A stretch of DNA of 64,000 bases from Thermoanaerobaculia bacterium (GCA_963666565.1 OY762911.1:3136001-3200000); one strand, 5' to 3'; positions 1 through 9,917 are shown, counted from the stretch's first letter. Numbers and translations are program-made. The notes: generated by a model from the sequence alone, not told the origin.

Positions 1-659
1 ACGAACCAGACGCCGTTCCGGCGGAACGCGACGTCGCCGTCGACGGTGAAGAAGGGGGAGTTCTCGAAGGCGGCGGTGCGGGCGATCTGGGTCAGGCTGC
101 CGTTGTCGTCCAGGTCGCGGACGAAGATGTCGCCGGCCCTGACGAAGACTTGGCGGCGCCGGTCGCGGTCCCAGGCGCCGTCCGGGGCGTCGGCGCCGGC
201 GCGGTCGGCGTCGGAGATCCGGGCCGTCTCTCGGGTGGCGAGGTCGATCCGGTAGAGATCGCGGGTCTCTTCGCCTTCGCGCTTGCGCTCGTAGTAGACG
301 CTCTCGCCGTCGGCGCTCCAGTACGGGGCTTCCGGCTGGCGGCCGAGCCAGTCCGGGTGGGCCATGATCCGCGGGAGGTCGAGGTCGTCCTGGGCGGCGG
401 CGGGGAGGACGGCGAGGAAGAGCGCGACCAGGAGCGCCGCGGCGGAGAGGCGCCGGCCTGGCGGCCGGCTCGCGTTTCCGGCCGCCTGCGGCGGCAGCGG
501 GTCAGAAGACCCGCGCACCCAGTGCACGGCAGAAGACCCGCGCACCCGGTGCGGGTCAGAAGACCCGCGCACCCAGTGCACGGCAGAAGACCCGCGCACC
601 CGGTGCGGGTCAGAAGACCCGCGCACCCAGTGCGGGACGGAGGGCCCGCGCACCGACAT
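1..659 (-). CDS. S9-family (prolyl oligopeptidase/DPP-IV-like) secreted peptidase, 5' part; runs off the window
   Basis: Own translation of the minus strand from ATG 659: repeat-derived MSVRGPSVPHWVRGSSDP..., signal peptide RRLSAAALLVALFLAVLPAAA, then QDDLDLPRIMAHPDWLGRQPEAPYWSADGESVYY, a beta-propeller start typical of S9 peptidases. The catalytic domain is outside the window and the exact start is uncertain. Confidence 0.6.
   Translation of the reverse strand, partial: MSVRGPSVPHWVRGSSDPHRVRGSSAVHWVRGSSDPHRVRGSSAVHWVRGSSDPLPPQAAGNASRPPGRRLSAAALLVALFLAVLPAAAQDDLDLPRIMAHPDWLGRQPEAPYWSADGESVYYERKREGEETRDLYRIDLATRETARISDADRAGADAPDGAWDRDRRRQVFVRAGDIFVRDLDDNGSLTQIARTAAFENSPFFTVDGDVAFRRNGVWF
497..658 (-). 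repeat. Tandem array of six 27-bp REP-like units (A-B-A-B-A-degenerate)
   Basis: gcgggtcagaagacccgcgcacccagt at 497, 551 and 605; variant gcacggcagaagacccgcgcacccggt at 524 and 578; degenerate unit at 632. Confidence 0.95.
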
Positions 660-666
660 CAGGCCC

Positions 667-1740
667 TTACAGGGACTCGAAGTACTCGACCATCGCCTGG
701 GCGGTAGCCGCTTCGGGATGGTCGGGCGCGATCTCCAGGAACTTCCTGAACGTCTCCAGGGCCTTGCCGTTCTCGGACTGGGCGGCGTAGCAGAGGCCGA
801 GCATGTTCAGCGCTTCGGGGTGGTTCGGGTTGAACCCGATGACCTGCTCCAGCTTCTCGGTGGCTTCCGCGATGCTGCCGGAGTTGTAGAGGTCCGCCGC
901 CTCGTTGTACAGGTTCTTGGACGCCTTCTCGGGATCCGTGTTCTGGAGGGAGGCGAGTGCCGCTTCGGCCTTGTCGTCCATGCCGAGCGCGTTGTAGCCG
1001 GCGTAGAGGATCTGGTTCATGTTCTCCATGTCCTCGCCCTCGGCCGCCACCTGCTCGGCGAACTCGACCGCCCGGACGTGGTCGCCCCGGAAGGAGTAGA
1101 TGCGGGCCAGCCCGCCCATCGCCGGGATCAGGTCCACCTTCTTCTCCAGAGCGCTCTGGAACATGAACTCCGCCGTCTCGTAGTCGCCCGAGTTCAGCGC
1201 GTTGCTGCCCTGGTTGTAGAGCTTGATCGCGCTGCCGCGGGCCTCGGCATCCGGGTCGATTTCCTGCGGCTGCGGGATGCCGGCGGCTTCGAGCTGCGCC
1301 GCCTGCTGCTTCATGGCCTCTTCCACGGAGGTCAGGTTCCAGTCGCCGCCGCCGGGGAGCTGGCTGAGCCTCGTCTCGTTCCGGGCCGGAATGCGCACGT
1401 TGCCGACCCGCCGGGTCTGGTACCCCTCCTTCTTCAGCTCGACGGTGAAGCCGCCGCGCTCGTGCGTGACGACGTTCTTGATCATGATCCGGAACCGGCC
1501 GTTCTTGCCGGAGTGGTGGACTTCGCGGAAGGTGGGCGCTTCGGGGTTCGTGAAGATGATCTCGACGCCCTCGAGCGTCTCGCCGGTGTTGGCGTCGAAG
1601 ATCTGGCCCCACACGGTGCCCGGAAGCTGCGCGGCCGCCGGCGCGGCGAGGGCGAGCAGGAGGCAGGCGCCGAGGACGGCGGCAAGGAGCGCCGGCCGCG
1701 CCGGCCGTTCGATGGTCCACGGTTCGCGAATCGGCTTCAT
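667..1740 (-). CDS. Secreted tetratricopeptide-repeat protein with N-terminal carboxypeptidase-regulatory-like domain
   Basis: Signal peptide; GTVWGQIFDANTGETLEGVEI...GRFRI...KEGYQT (CarboxypepD_reg-like); TPR motifs (ALNMLGLCY...KALETFRKFLEIAPDHPEA). Confidence 0.85.
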   Translation of the reverse strand: MKPIREPWTIERPARPALLAAVLGACLLLALAAPAAAQLPGTVWGQIFDANTGETLEGVEIIFTNPEAPTFREVHHSGKNGRFRIMIKNVVTHERGGFTVELKKEGYQTRRVGNVRIPARNETRLSQLPGGGDWNLTSVEEAMKQQAAQLEAAGIPQPQEIDPDAEARGSAIKLYNQGSNALNSGDYETAEFMFQSALEKKVDLIPAMGGLARIYSFRGDHVRAVEFAEQVAAEGEDMENMNQILYAGYNALGMDDKAEAALASLQNTDPEKASKNLYNEAADLYNSGSIAEATEKLEQVIGFNPNHPEALNMLGLCYAAQSENGKALETFRKFLEIAPDHPEAATAQAMVEYFESL

Positions 1741-1852
1741 CGTCTCCTCCTTCGGCCGCGCGGGCCGCTGGCCGGTGTCCTGGCGCGGCGGGTCTCCGTT
1801 CCGCCGGCTGCCTCCGTTCGTCCCCGGAAGCGGCGCCTAGAATAACAGAGCC

Positions 1853-3250
1853 GTGGTTGAGGATCCTGGCTCCCGCCTCGCGCGCCATCCGCACTGGCCG
1901 GAGGCGCTGCGCATCTGCCGGGCCGCGGCGGAACGGGGCGGGTGCGTGCGGCTCGTCGGCGGCGCGGTGCGCGACGCCCTGCTCGACCGGCCGTTCGAGG
2001 AGTTCGATCTGGAGGCGTTCGGGATGGCGCCCGCCGAACTCGACCGGATGCTGGCGGACCTGGGCCTGCGGGTCGACCGGGTGGGGCGCGCCTTCTCGGT
2101 GGCGAAGCTCCGCGGCCTGCCGGTCGACGTCGCCCTGCCGCGCCGCGAGGTCAGCGTCGGCGCCGGGCACCGCGACTTCGTCGTGGACGCCGACCCGGAC
2201 ATGACGGTGGAGGAGGCCGCCGAGCGGCGCGACTTCACGATCAACGCGATCTCGTACGAGCCGCTGGCCGGCCGGCTCGACGACCCCCTCGGCGGCCGGG
2301 CGGACCTCGAGCGCCGCCGCCTCCGCCACGCCTCGCACCGCTTCCAGGAGGATCCGCTGCGCGTGCTGCGCGGGATGCAGCTCGTCGCCCGGCTGAACCT
2401 CGAACCCGACCCGGAGACGGTGAGCCTCTGCTCCGGCATCGCCTGGACCGAAATGAGCGTCGAGCGGGTGTTCGACGAATGGCGGAAGCTGCTTCTGCTG
2501 GGGGTGGAGATCAGGCGCGGCCTCCTGTTTCTGGAGGCGACCGGCTGGCTCGCCGGCTACCCCGAACTCCAGGCCACCGTCGGCTGCGGGCAGGACCCGG
2601 AGTGGCACCCCGAGGGCGACGTCTGGACCCACACCGGCCACGTCCTGGACGCCTTCGCCGCCGAACGCCTGGGCGACGACGAGGAGAACCTGGTCGTCGG
2701 CCTCGCCTGCCTCTGCCACGACCTGGGCAAGCCCGCGACCACCCGGTTCGTCGACGGCCGGCTGCGCTCCCGCGGCCACGAGGCGGCGGGGGAGGAGCCG
2801 ACCCGGAGCTTCCTGGCGCGGCTCACGAACCGCCGGCAGCTCGTCGACGACGTGGTCCGCCTGGTGGTGGACCACCTGAAGCCGCGCCAGCTCCACCGGG
2901 GCGGCGCGGGCGACGCGGCGGTGCGCCGGCTCGCCCACCGGGTGAAGCGCATCGACCGGCTGGTCCGGGTCGCGCGGGCGGATGCCCTGGGCCGGCCGCC
3001 CCTCCGGCCGGAGGAATTCCCCGACTGCGACTGGCTGCTGGCCCGCGCCGAGGCGCTGCGGATCCGGGACCGGGCGCCGGAGCGCATCGTCCGGGGGCGC
3101 GACCTCATCGAACGCGGCGTGGCGCCGGGGCCTGAGATCGGCGAGGTCGTCAGGGAGTGCTACACGGCCCAGTTGAACGGCGAGTTCGAGAGCCGCGACG
3201 GCGGGCTGAGGCATCTCGACCGGTTGCTGGCCCGGCGCGCCACCGGATGA
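1853..3250 (+). CDS. cca: tRNA nucleotidyltransferase (CCA/poly(A) polymerase family) with HD domain
   Basis: LVGGAVRDALL, RRDFTINA, EDPLRVLR, HPEGDVWTHT, LCHDLGKP, C-terminal GRDLI...PGP.IG. Confidence 0.85.
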   Translation: MVEDPGSRLARHPHWPEALRICRAAAERGGCVRLVGGAVRDALLDRPFEEFDLEAFGMAPAELDRMLADLGLRVDRVGRAFSVAKLRGLPVDVALPRREVSVGAGHRDFVVDADPDMTVEEAAERRDFTINAISYEPLAGRLDDPLGGRADLERRRLRHASHRFQEDPLRVLRGMQLVARLNLEPDPETVSLCSGIAWTEMSVERVFDEWRKLLLLGVEIRRGLLFLEATGWLAGYPELQATVGCGQDPEWHPEGDVWTHTGHVLDAFAAERLGDDEENLVVGLACLCHDLGKPATTRFVDGRLRSRGHEAAGEEPTRSFLARLTNRRQLVDDVVRLVVDHLKPRQLHRGGAGDAAVRRLAHRVKRIDRLVRVARADALGRPPLRPEEFPDCDWLLARAEALRIRDRAPERIVRGRDLIERGVAPGPEIGEVVRECYTAQLNGEFESRDGGLRHLDRLLARRATG

Positions 3251-3263
3251 CCGAAACGGTCGG

Positions 3264-3947
3264 ATGAGCGAAACAAGGACAGGCGGCCGGTCGTCTCCAG
3301 ACCCAGAGGACGATGGCTTGCCGGCAGCAGAACCGCCCGACCGGGACCGGAAACAGGCCAGCGGGCCGGCCGGCGCTCCCGGCGATGCCGAACTCGTTCG
3401 GCGGGCCGTCGCGGGCGACGGCGCCGCGTTCGAGGGCCTGGTGCTGCGCTATGAAACGCCGCTACGCAAGCTGGTCTACGGCTACGTACTCGACTGGGAG
3501 GTTGCCGAGGACGTCGCCCAGGACGCCTTCCTGCTGGCCTGGAGGAAGCTCGGCGGTCTGGCGGAGTCTGCCGCCTTCAAGAGCTGGCTCTACCGGATCG
3601 CGATCAACCGGGCGCACGACGAGCTGCGCCGGTCGGCGCGCTGGGGCCGGCGAGTGGACCGGAACGTGGGGGCCGAGGCGCTCGCCGAACTGCCGGCGGC
3701 GGGCGCGGAGTCGGCCGTCGAGTCGCGGCTGCAACGGCGCGCCCTCGTACGGGCGCTGGCGCGCCTGCCGAAGAGCCAGCGCACGGCGGTCGTGCTGAAG
3801 GATGTCGCGGGGATGAAGTACGTGGAAATCGCGGAGTTGCTGGGCTGTCCCGTCGGGACGGCGCAGATCCGGGTACACCGGGGCCGGAGGAGGCTCAGGC
3901 GCTGGCTCGACGAGCCGCGCGCCGGCGAAGGAGGAGGTACGCGATGA
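3264..3947 (+). CDS. ECF RNA polymerase sigma-70 factor
   Basis: Region 2 AEDVAQDAFLLAW...FKSWLYRIAIN; region 4 YVEIAELLGCPVGTAQIRVHRGR. Confidence 0.92.
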   Translation: MSETRTGGRSSPDPEDDGLPAAEPPDRDRKQASGPAGAPGDAELVRRAVAGDGAAFEGLVLRYETPLRKLVYGYVLDWEVAEDVAQDAFLLAWRKLGGLAESAAFKSWLYRIAINRAHDELRRSARWGRRVDRNVGAEALAELPAAGAESAVESRLQRRALVRALARLPKSQRTAVVLKDVAGMKYVEIAELLGCPVGTAQIRVHRGRRRLRRWLDEPRAGEGGGTR

Positions 3948-4444
3948 GGGAGGAGCGGAAACCGCGTGGAGCGATCCGCGCTACGCGTGAATCGGTTCGT
4001 GGCCCCGCCGGCGGGCGCGCGGACGGCCCGGCCCCGGAGGTCGAGCCGGAAGCGCGAGGCTGGCGGGACGTCGACGCGCTGTTGGCGGAACTGCGCGAGG
4101 AGTGCGCGGCGCCGCCAGCGGCGCCGGGGTTCGTGGCGGGCTTCCGGGCCCGTCGCGACGCCTGGCTGGAGCGCGCCGGCCGGGCCGCGCCCTGGCGGCC
4201 GCTCGCCCTGCGCCTGGCGCCCGCGGGCGCCCTGGCGGCCGTGGCGGCGCTGGTCGTGACTCTCGGGTCCGGCACGCCGCGCATGGCGCCGGAGAATCCC
4301 GCGGCGGCGCCTGAGGCGGCGGAGTACGCGGATCCGTTCGCGGCGGGGCTGGAAGAGGCCGGCGTGGCGACGGTGGCGACCCTCGACGACGAGGCCGGCT
4401 ACGAGCTCCTCGCGGTGCTCTACGAGCCGATGGGAGGTCGGTGA
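3944..4444 (+). CDS. Single-pass membrane protein, putative anti-sigma factor
   Basis: Overlaps the sigma stop (ATGA); one hydrophobic segment LAPAGALAAVAALVVTLG; anti-sigma role inferred from position. Confidence 0.55.
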   Translation: MREERKPRGAIRATRESVRGPAGGRADGPAPEVEPEARGWRDVDALLAELREECAAPPAAPGFVAGFRARRDAWLERAGRAAPWRPLALRLAPAGALAAVAALVVTLGSGTPRMAPENPAAAPEAAEYADPFAAGLEEAGVATVATLDDEAGYELLAVLYEPMGGR

Positions 4445-5028
4445 TGGCGAACGGCGCCACGAGGCTGTGGATGGGCGTCGCCTTGGGTTCCGTGCTGGTG
4501 GTGGGCGTGTCCGCCGGGCTGCTGGCTGACCGTTTCCTCCCCGATCGCCGGGCCGCGGAGAGCGAGCGGCCGGACGCGCGGCCCGCCCATGCCGGCAGGT
4601 CGTCCTCCATGTTCCACTTCGATTGCCGCGACGAAGACGGAGCGCCGAGCGGCGCCGCGGCAGGTTCCGCCCGGGAAGCGCCGGACGAAGCGGCGCGCGC
4701 GGCGGCGTTCGAGGAGCACCGTTCGAAGATGACCCACCGCATGGCGCGGCGCCTGGACCTCGATCCGGAGCAGATCGAGGCGCTCGAACCGATCGTCGGC
4801 GAGGCGATGCTGCGCGGCCGGCGCTACTGGACCGGAGCCCGGGACGAGTTCTGCGCCATGCAGGACGACTTCCATCGGCAGGTGGGAGAGCTTCTCCGTC
4901 CCGACCAGGCGGCCCGCTTCGACGAGATGCGGCGCGACCTGTGGGAACGGAGCCGGCGCCACGACGACCGCGACCGCGACGACCGGCGCCGAGACGACGG
5001 CGGCGGCTCGCCGGAGAGCTGCCGATGA
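4441..5028 (+). CDS. Periplasmic helical protein, Spy/CpxP/heavy-metal-sensor-like
   Basis: N-terminal TM; MARRLDLDPEQIEAL and LLRPDQAARFDEM (LTxxQ-like motifs). Confidence 0.6.
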   Translation: MMANGATRLWMGVALGSVLVVGVSAGLLADRFLPDRRAAESERPDARPAHAGRSSSMFHFDCRDEDGAPSGAAAGSAREAPDEAARAAAFEEHRSKMTHRMARRLDLDPEQIEALEPIVGEAMLRGRRYWTGARDEFCAMQDDFHRQVGELLRPDQAARFDEMRRDLWERSRRHDDRDRDDRRRDDGGGSPESCR

Positions 5029-8000
5029 TCGACCGGGGGGAAGGGACGCCGATGGACGAGCCGAAGACCGGTTCGGGCGATGAGCGCGAAAGACGCGAAA
5101 GCCCGGAAGGAAGCCCGGCCGGAGGAAGCGGCCTCAAGGCGACGGAGCGGGAAGAAGCCGTACTTCAGGAGGCGGCGGCGCACGTCCCCGTCCACCCGTT
5201 CATCCGCTTCGCCGTCGAGCGGCGCGTCACCATGTTCATGGCGACGCTCGGCGTGCTGGTGCTCGGCTGGCTGTCGCTGACGCGGTTGCCGCTGGAGTTC
5301 CTGCCGCTCTTCCAATCGTCCAACATCTCGGTCCGGGTGCCGTACCAGTCGTCCTCGCCGGAAGAGGTGGCGCGGTCGATCATCTGGCCGCTGGAGGACA
5401 GCCTCGGGACGATCAACGGCGTCAGCATGATCCGGTCGCGGGCGAGCGGCAGTTCCGCCTCCGTGGACATCGAGTTCCGGGACGGGACGGACATGGAGCT
5501 GGCCGCCGTCGACGTGCGCGACCGGATCGACCGGGTGCGCAACGAACTGCCGGCCGACGTCGAGCAGGTCTACGTCCGCCGCTTCGAGAGCACGGACATT
5601 CCGGTCCTCCGCAGCAGTCTCAGCGCGCCTTGGGACCAGGACGAGCTGAACGACTTCGTCGAGGACGTGCTTCTGCCCCGGATCGAGCGGCTGGAAGGCG
5701 TCGCGCAGGCGCAGGTCTGGGGCATGCTGAGCCGGGAGCTGCGGATCGAACTGCTGCCCGACCGGATGGCCGCCCACGGGGTGGACATCCGCGAACTGAG
5801 GCAGGTCCTGCAGAGCAACCACGTCAACGTCTCGGGCGGTTACCTGCGCGAGGGCAGCCGCCGGCTGCTGGTGCGCACGGTGGGCGAGTTCCGGACGCCG
5901 GACGAGATCCGGGACCTGCCGATCCGCGGCGACGGCCTGCGCGTGGGCGACGTGGCCGACGTGAAGTTCGGCTATCCCGACAAGTACGAGTACAGCTTCC
6001 TGAACGGGCAGGAGTCGATCAGCCTGAACGTGAACAAGACCTCGGACGCCAACCTGCTGGAGGTGGTCAACCGGGTCAAGGACGAACTGGAGGCGATCCG
6101 GCAGACGCCCGAGGGCGCGGGCCTCGAGTTCCGCCACTTCCACGACACCTCGATCGACGTGCGCCAGGGACTGACCGAGCTGGGCCGCAGCGGCGTCATC
6201 GGCGGCGGCCTCGCGATCGTCTTCATGTTTCTCTTCCTGCGCAAGTTCCGGACCACGCTGCTGGTGGCCCTGGCGGTGCCCCTGTCGCTCGTCATGACCT
6301 TCGTGATGATGTACCTGGGACGGCAGGCCGGAGTCACCGAGATCACGCTGAACGTGATGAGCCTGATGGGGCTGATGCTCGCGATCGGCATGCTGCTCGA
6401 CAACTCGATCGTGGTCATCGAGTCGATCTTCCGCCACCGCCAGGACCTCGGCGCGAACGCGAAGAACGCCGCCCTGGGCGGCGCCAGCGACGTGGCGATG
6501 CCGATCATCTGCTCGACGATGACCACGATGTGCGTCTTCGTGCCGCTCATCTTCTTCGGCAGCGGTGGCGGCGGTCCCGGCAGCTTCTCTCGCTTCATGG
6601 CCGACATCGGCACGACGGTCTGCGTCGTCATGCTCGGCTCGCTCGTCATCTCCCTGACCGTGGTGCCGATGATCGCGGCGATCCTGCTCAAGTCGGAGAG
6701 CAAGCGGCGGTTCAAGCTGCTCGACCGGATGAACGAGCTCTACGGCAGGACGCTGGGCTTCACCCTCCGCCACCGCTTCGTCTTCTCCGTGGCGATCGTC
6801 CTCCTGCTGGTGGGCTCCTGGAGGCTCTACAACAGCATCGAGCGGAGCTTCAATCAGCCCTCCCAGGGCAGGGCGCTGACGGTGTTCGTCGAAACGCCGC
6901 GGCAGATGGGGATGGACGATCGCCTGGCGCTCTACGACGAGGTCTACGCGATGCTGGATTCCCGGCGCGACGAGTGGGAGATCGCCGACATCGCCCACCA
7001 GGTGCGGCGGGGCGGCGGCCGCAGCCGCGGGTACGGAGGCGGCAACCGCTTCGAGATCTACCTCAAGCCGGAGGAGGTCTCCGAGATGTCCACGGACGAG
7101 GTCACGGAACGCATCCGGGAGGCGATGCCGCAGCGGGTCGGCGTCCTGTTCAAGCTCGCGCGGACGGAGTTCGGGCCTCCGGGTTCCGGGAGAACCGGGA
7201 TGGACGTGGAACTGATCGGCGAGGACGTGGGCACGCTCGAACTCCTCGTGCCGCGTATCACGGAGCGGCTCCGCCGGATCCCCATCGTGGGCGACATCGA
7301 CAACTCGTTCGAGAGCGGCGACGACGAGATCCGGGTATCGGTGAACCGCGAGCGCGCTCTCCAGGGCGGCCTGTCGAGCCAGGCGGTGGCGATGACGGTG
7401 AGCGGCGCGCTCTCCAGCCGGTCGCTGGCGTACTTCAAGACCGCCGAGCGCGAGATCGGCATGGTCATGCAGTACCGGGAGGAGGATCGCGAGACGCTCG
7501 ACCAGTTGAAGAAGATGCCGGTGCTCGTGTCGGACCCGGACGGCGAGGGCGCGGGCGTGACCCTGCCGATCTCGAGCCTCGCCTCGTTCCGGGTCCAGAG
7601 CGGCCCGTCCGAGATCGAGCGCGAGAACCGTCGCGCCAAGGTGGAGATCGACGTGACGGCCGCAGGCGGCACGCCGGGCTTCATGCTCCGGCGGCCGGTC
7701 CAGGCGGCGCTCGCGGACGTGCCGCTGCCGCCGGGCTACGAGTGGTCTCTCGGCAGGAGGTTCATGGAGGAGGAGGAGGACGCGTCGCGCGCCGTCCTGA
7801 CGCTGATCCTCGCGGCGGTGCTGATCTACATGATCATGGCGGCCCTGTTCGAGGACTTCCTCCAGCCGTTCACGATCATGCTGTCGATTCCGTTCGCCTT
7901 CATCGGCGTGGGCCTGATCATGTACCTCGCCGGCCAGCCGCGGGACGGTTCCTCGAACATGGGCCTGCTGATCCTGGCCGGGATCGTGGTGAACAACGCG

Positions 8001-8357
8001 ATCGTCCTGATCGATCACATCAACCGGCTGCGGCGCGAGGGCATCGCCCGCGACAAGGCGATCGTGCTCGGCGGCAAGAACCGCCTGCGGCCCATCCTGA
8101 TGACGGCGGTGACGACGATTCTCGGCCTGTCGCCGATGGTGGCGCCGTTCTTCCTGCCCCAGGTGTTCGGGCAGCCGGAGGGCCGCGCCGCGTTCTGGGC
8201 GCCGGTCGGGCTCGTCATCCTCGGCGGACTGACCACTTCGACTTTCCTGACCCTGCTCGTGATTCCGACGGTCTATTCCCTGGTCGACGACGTGAAGCTC
8301 TTCTTCCAGCGGGTTGTGCGGGCGGCGGCCGCCGTTCCGCGGAGAAAGATGGCATGA
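5025..8357 (+). CDS. RND efflux transporter permease subunit (AcrB/MdtB-like)
   Basis: AIGMLLDNSIVVIESI, GIVVNNAIVLID, RLRPILMTAVTT; start taken at the ATGA overlap 5025 (alternative 5052). Confidence 0.93.
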   Translation: MIDRGEGTPMDEPKTGSGDERERRESPEGSPAGGSGLKATEREEAVLQEAAAHVPVHPFIRFAVERRVTMFMATLGVLVLGWLSLTRLPLEFLPLFQSSNISVRVPYQSSSPEEVARSIIWPLEDSLGTINGVSMIRSRASGSSASVDIEFRDGTDMELAAVDVRDRIDRVRNELPADVEQVYVRRFESTDIPVLRSSLSAPWDQDELNDFVEDVLLPRIERLEGVAQAQVWGMLSRELRIELLPDRMAAHGVDIRELRQVLQSNHVNVSGGYLREGSRRLLVRTVGEFRTPDEIRDLPIRGDGLRVGDVADVKFGYPDKYEYSFLNGQESISLNVNKTSDANLLEVVNRVKDELEAIRQTPEGAGLEFRHFHDTSIDVRQGLTELGRSGVIGGGLAIVFMFLFLRKFRTTLLVALAVPLSLVMTFVMMYLGRQAGVTEITLNVMSLMGLMLAIGMLLDNSIVVIESIFRHRQDLGANAKNAALGGASDVAMPIICSTMTTMCVFVPLIFFGSGGGGPGSFSRFMADIGTTVCVVMLGSLVISLTVVPMIAAILLKSESKRRFKLLDRMNELYGRTLGFTLRHRFVFSVAIVLLLVGSWRLYNSIERSFNQPSQGRALTVFVETPRQMGMDDRLALYDEVYAMLDSRRDEWEIADIAHQVRRGGGRSRGYGGGNRFEIYLKPEEVSEMSTDEVTERIREAMPQRVGVLFKLARTEFGPPGSGRTGMDVELIGEDVGTLELLVPRITERLRRIPIVGDIDNSFESGDDEIRVSVNRERALQGGLSSQAVAMTVSGALSSRSLAYFKTAEREIGMVMQYREEDRETLDQLKKMPVLVSDPDGEGAGVTLPISSLASFRVQSGPSEIERENRRAKVEIDVTAAGGTPGFMLRRPVQAALADVPLPPGYEWSLGRRFMEEEEDASRAVLTLILAAVLIYMIMAALFEDFLQPFTIMLSIPFAFIGVGLIMYLAGQPRDGSSNMGLLILAGIVVNNAIVLIDHINRLRREGIARDKAIVLGGKNRLRPILMTAVTTILGLSPMVAPFFLPQVFGQPEGRAAFWAPVGLVILGGLTTSTFLTLLVIPTVYSLVDDVKLFFQRVVRAAAAVPRRKMA

Positions 8358-9883
8358 GACTCAAGATACGCATGGGCGCGGCCCGGTCGGCCGGCGCTCT
8401 TCTGTTGACGGCGGCCGTGGCGGCCGCGGGCATCGGCTGCGGGCAGTCCAGCGCCGACGCGGGCGGCGAGAACCCGCGCGCCGGCCGGCCCGGAGGGCGC
8501 GGCGGCGGTCCTCCGGGGGGCTTTCCGGGCGGCGTCCCTCCGAACTTCGGCGGTTCGACTACCGCGATTCCGGTCGCGGTGACGAGCGTCATTCGGCGGG
8601 ACATCGCGGACTACCTGGAGACCAACGGTTCGCTGGAAGCCGAGAACGAGGTCGACATCGTGGCGCGGACGGCCGGTCCGATCGTCGAACTGAACGTCGA
8701 GGAGGGAGACTTCGTGCGGGCCGGCCAGGTGCTGGCGCGCATCGACGCGGTGGAGATCGAGGCGCAGCTCGGCATTGCCCGCGTCAACCTGGCGGAGGCC
8801 GAGCTGGCCTGGAACCGCGCCCAGGATTCGTTCGAGGCGGAGGTGGTCAGCCAGGAGGCCTACGACCTGGCGAAGTCCAACTTCGACGCCGCCGCGGCCC
8901 AGATCGTCGGCACCGAGATCCTGCTGGACTTCACCGTGATCCGGGCGCCGTTCGACGGGCTGATCGTCGAGCGCGTCGTCAAGAACGCCGAGTACGTCGC
9001 GAACAACGCGCGGCTGTTCCGGATCTCCGACTTCGACCCGCTGCTCTGTCCGATCCAGCTTCCCGAGAAGGACCTGCCGCGGCTCAAGCTGGATCAGCCC
9101 GCGCACCTGTCGGTCGAGGCCTATCCCGGAGTGCGCTTCCCGGCCAGGGTGCTGCGGATCAGCCCGGTGGTCGACCCGGCGACCGGCACGGTCAAGGTGA
9201 CTCTCGAAGTGCAGGCCCAGGGCCGCCTGCGGCCCGGCATGTTCGCGAGCGTGTTCGTCGAGACGGACGTCCACGAGAACGCGATCGTCGTGCCGAAGCA
9301 GGCCCTCGTGCTGGAAAGCACGTCCGACACGGTGTACGTGGCGATGGACGACGGGGAGGGCGGAACGGTCGCCCGGCGCCGCGAACTGGAACTCGGCTAC
9401 GAGGAGAGCGACAGCCTGGAGGTGCTCTCGGGCCTGGTGGAGGGCGAGGACGTCGTGATCGTCGGTCAGGACGGACTCTCCGACCGGACGCCGATTCTGG
9501 TCATGGAGCGCGAGGGGCCGGCCGCGGCGCCCACGATGTTCACCGCGGCGCCGGTTGCCGGGGCGGAACGCCCGGCCCAGGTCGCGGCGGACCGGGGCGG
9601 CGCGGCGGCGACTGCCGGCGGTGCGGCGGCCGCACAGGCGGCGCCGGGCCAGGGACGGCCGGGCGTTCCAGGCGGCTTCCGCGGCGGCCCGCCCGGGGGC
9701 TTCGATCCCAGCCAGATGACTCCCGAGCGAATGGAGATGATGCGGGCCCGCATGAAGGAGCGCGGCCTGAGCGACGAGCAGATCGACGGGATGATGGAGC
9801 GCATCCGGAGCGGCCAGGGGCCGCCCGGACGCCCCGCCGGCGGACCGCCGGGAAGACCGCAGGGCGGCGGCCCGCCGGGTTGA
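8354..9883 (+). CDS. RND efflux periplasmic adaptor (MFP) subunit
   Basis: VEEGDFVRAGQVLARID, IRAPFDG, ISPVVDPATGTVKV, LRPGMFA; lipoprotein-like AAGIGC; ATGA overlap with the upstream gene. Confidence 0.92.
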   Translation: MRLKIRMGAARSAGALLLTAAVAAAGIGCGQSSADAGGENPRAGRPGGRGGGPPGGFPGGVPPNFGGSTTAIPVAVTSVIRRDIADYLETNGSLEAENEVDIVARTAGPIVELNVEEGDFVRAGQVLARIDAVEIEAQLGIARVNLAEAELAWNRAQDSFEAEVVSQEAYDLAKSNFDAAAAQIVGTEILLDFTVIRAPFDGLIVERVVKNAEYVANNARLFRISDFDPLLCPIQLPEKDLPRLKLDQPAHLSVEAYPGVRFPARVLRISPVVDPATGTVKVTLEVQAQGRLRPGMFASVFVETDVHENAIVVPKQALVLESTSDTVYVAMDDGEGGTVARRRELELGYEESDSLEVLSGLVEGEDVVIVGQDGLSDRTPILVMEREGPAAAPTMFTAAPVAGAERPAQVAADRGGAAATAGGAAAAQAAPGQGRPGVPGGFRGGPPGGFDPSQMTPERMEMMRARMKERGLSDEQIDGMMERIRSGQGPPGRPAGGPPGRPQGGGPPG

Positions 9884-9917
9884 TCCGGCGCCGGACTTGC
9901 TGAGCAGGTAGATCGAG

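Noticed and set aside
497-658. CRISPR array
   Set aside because: Units are directly adjacent with no unique spacers, there are no cas genes, and the same motif is dispersed as REPs
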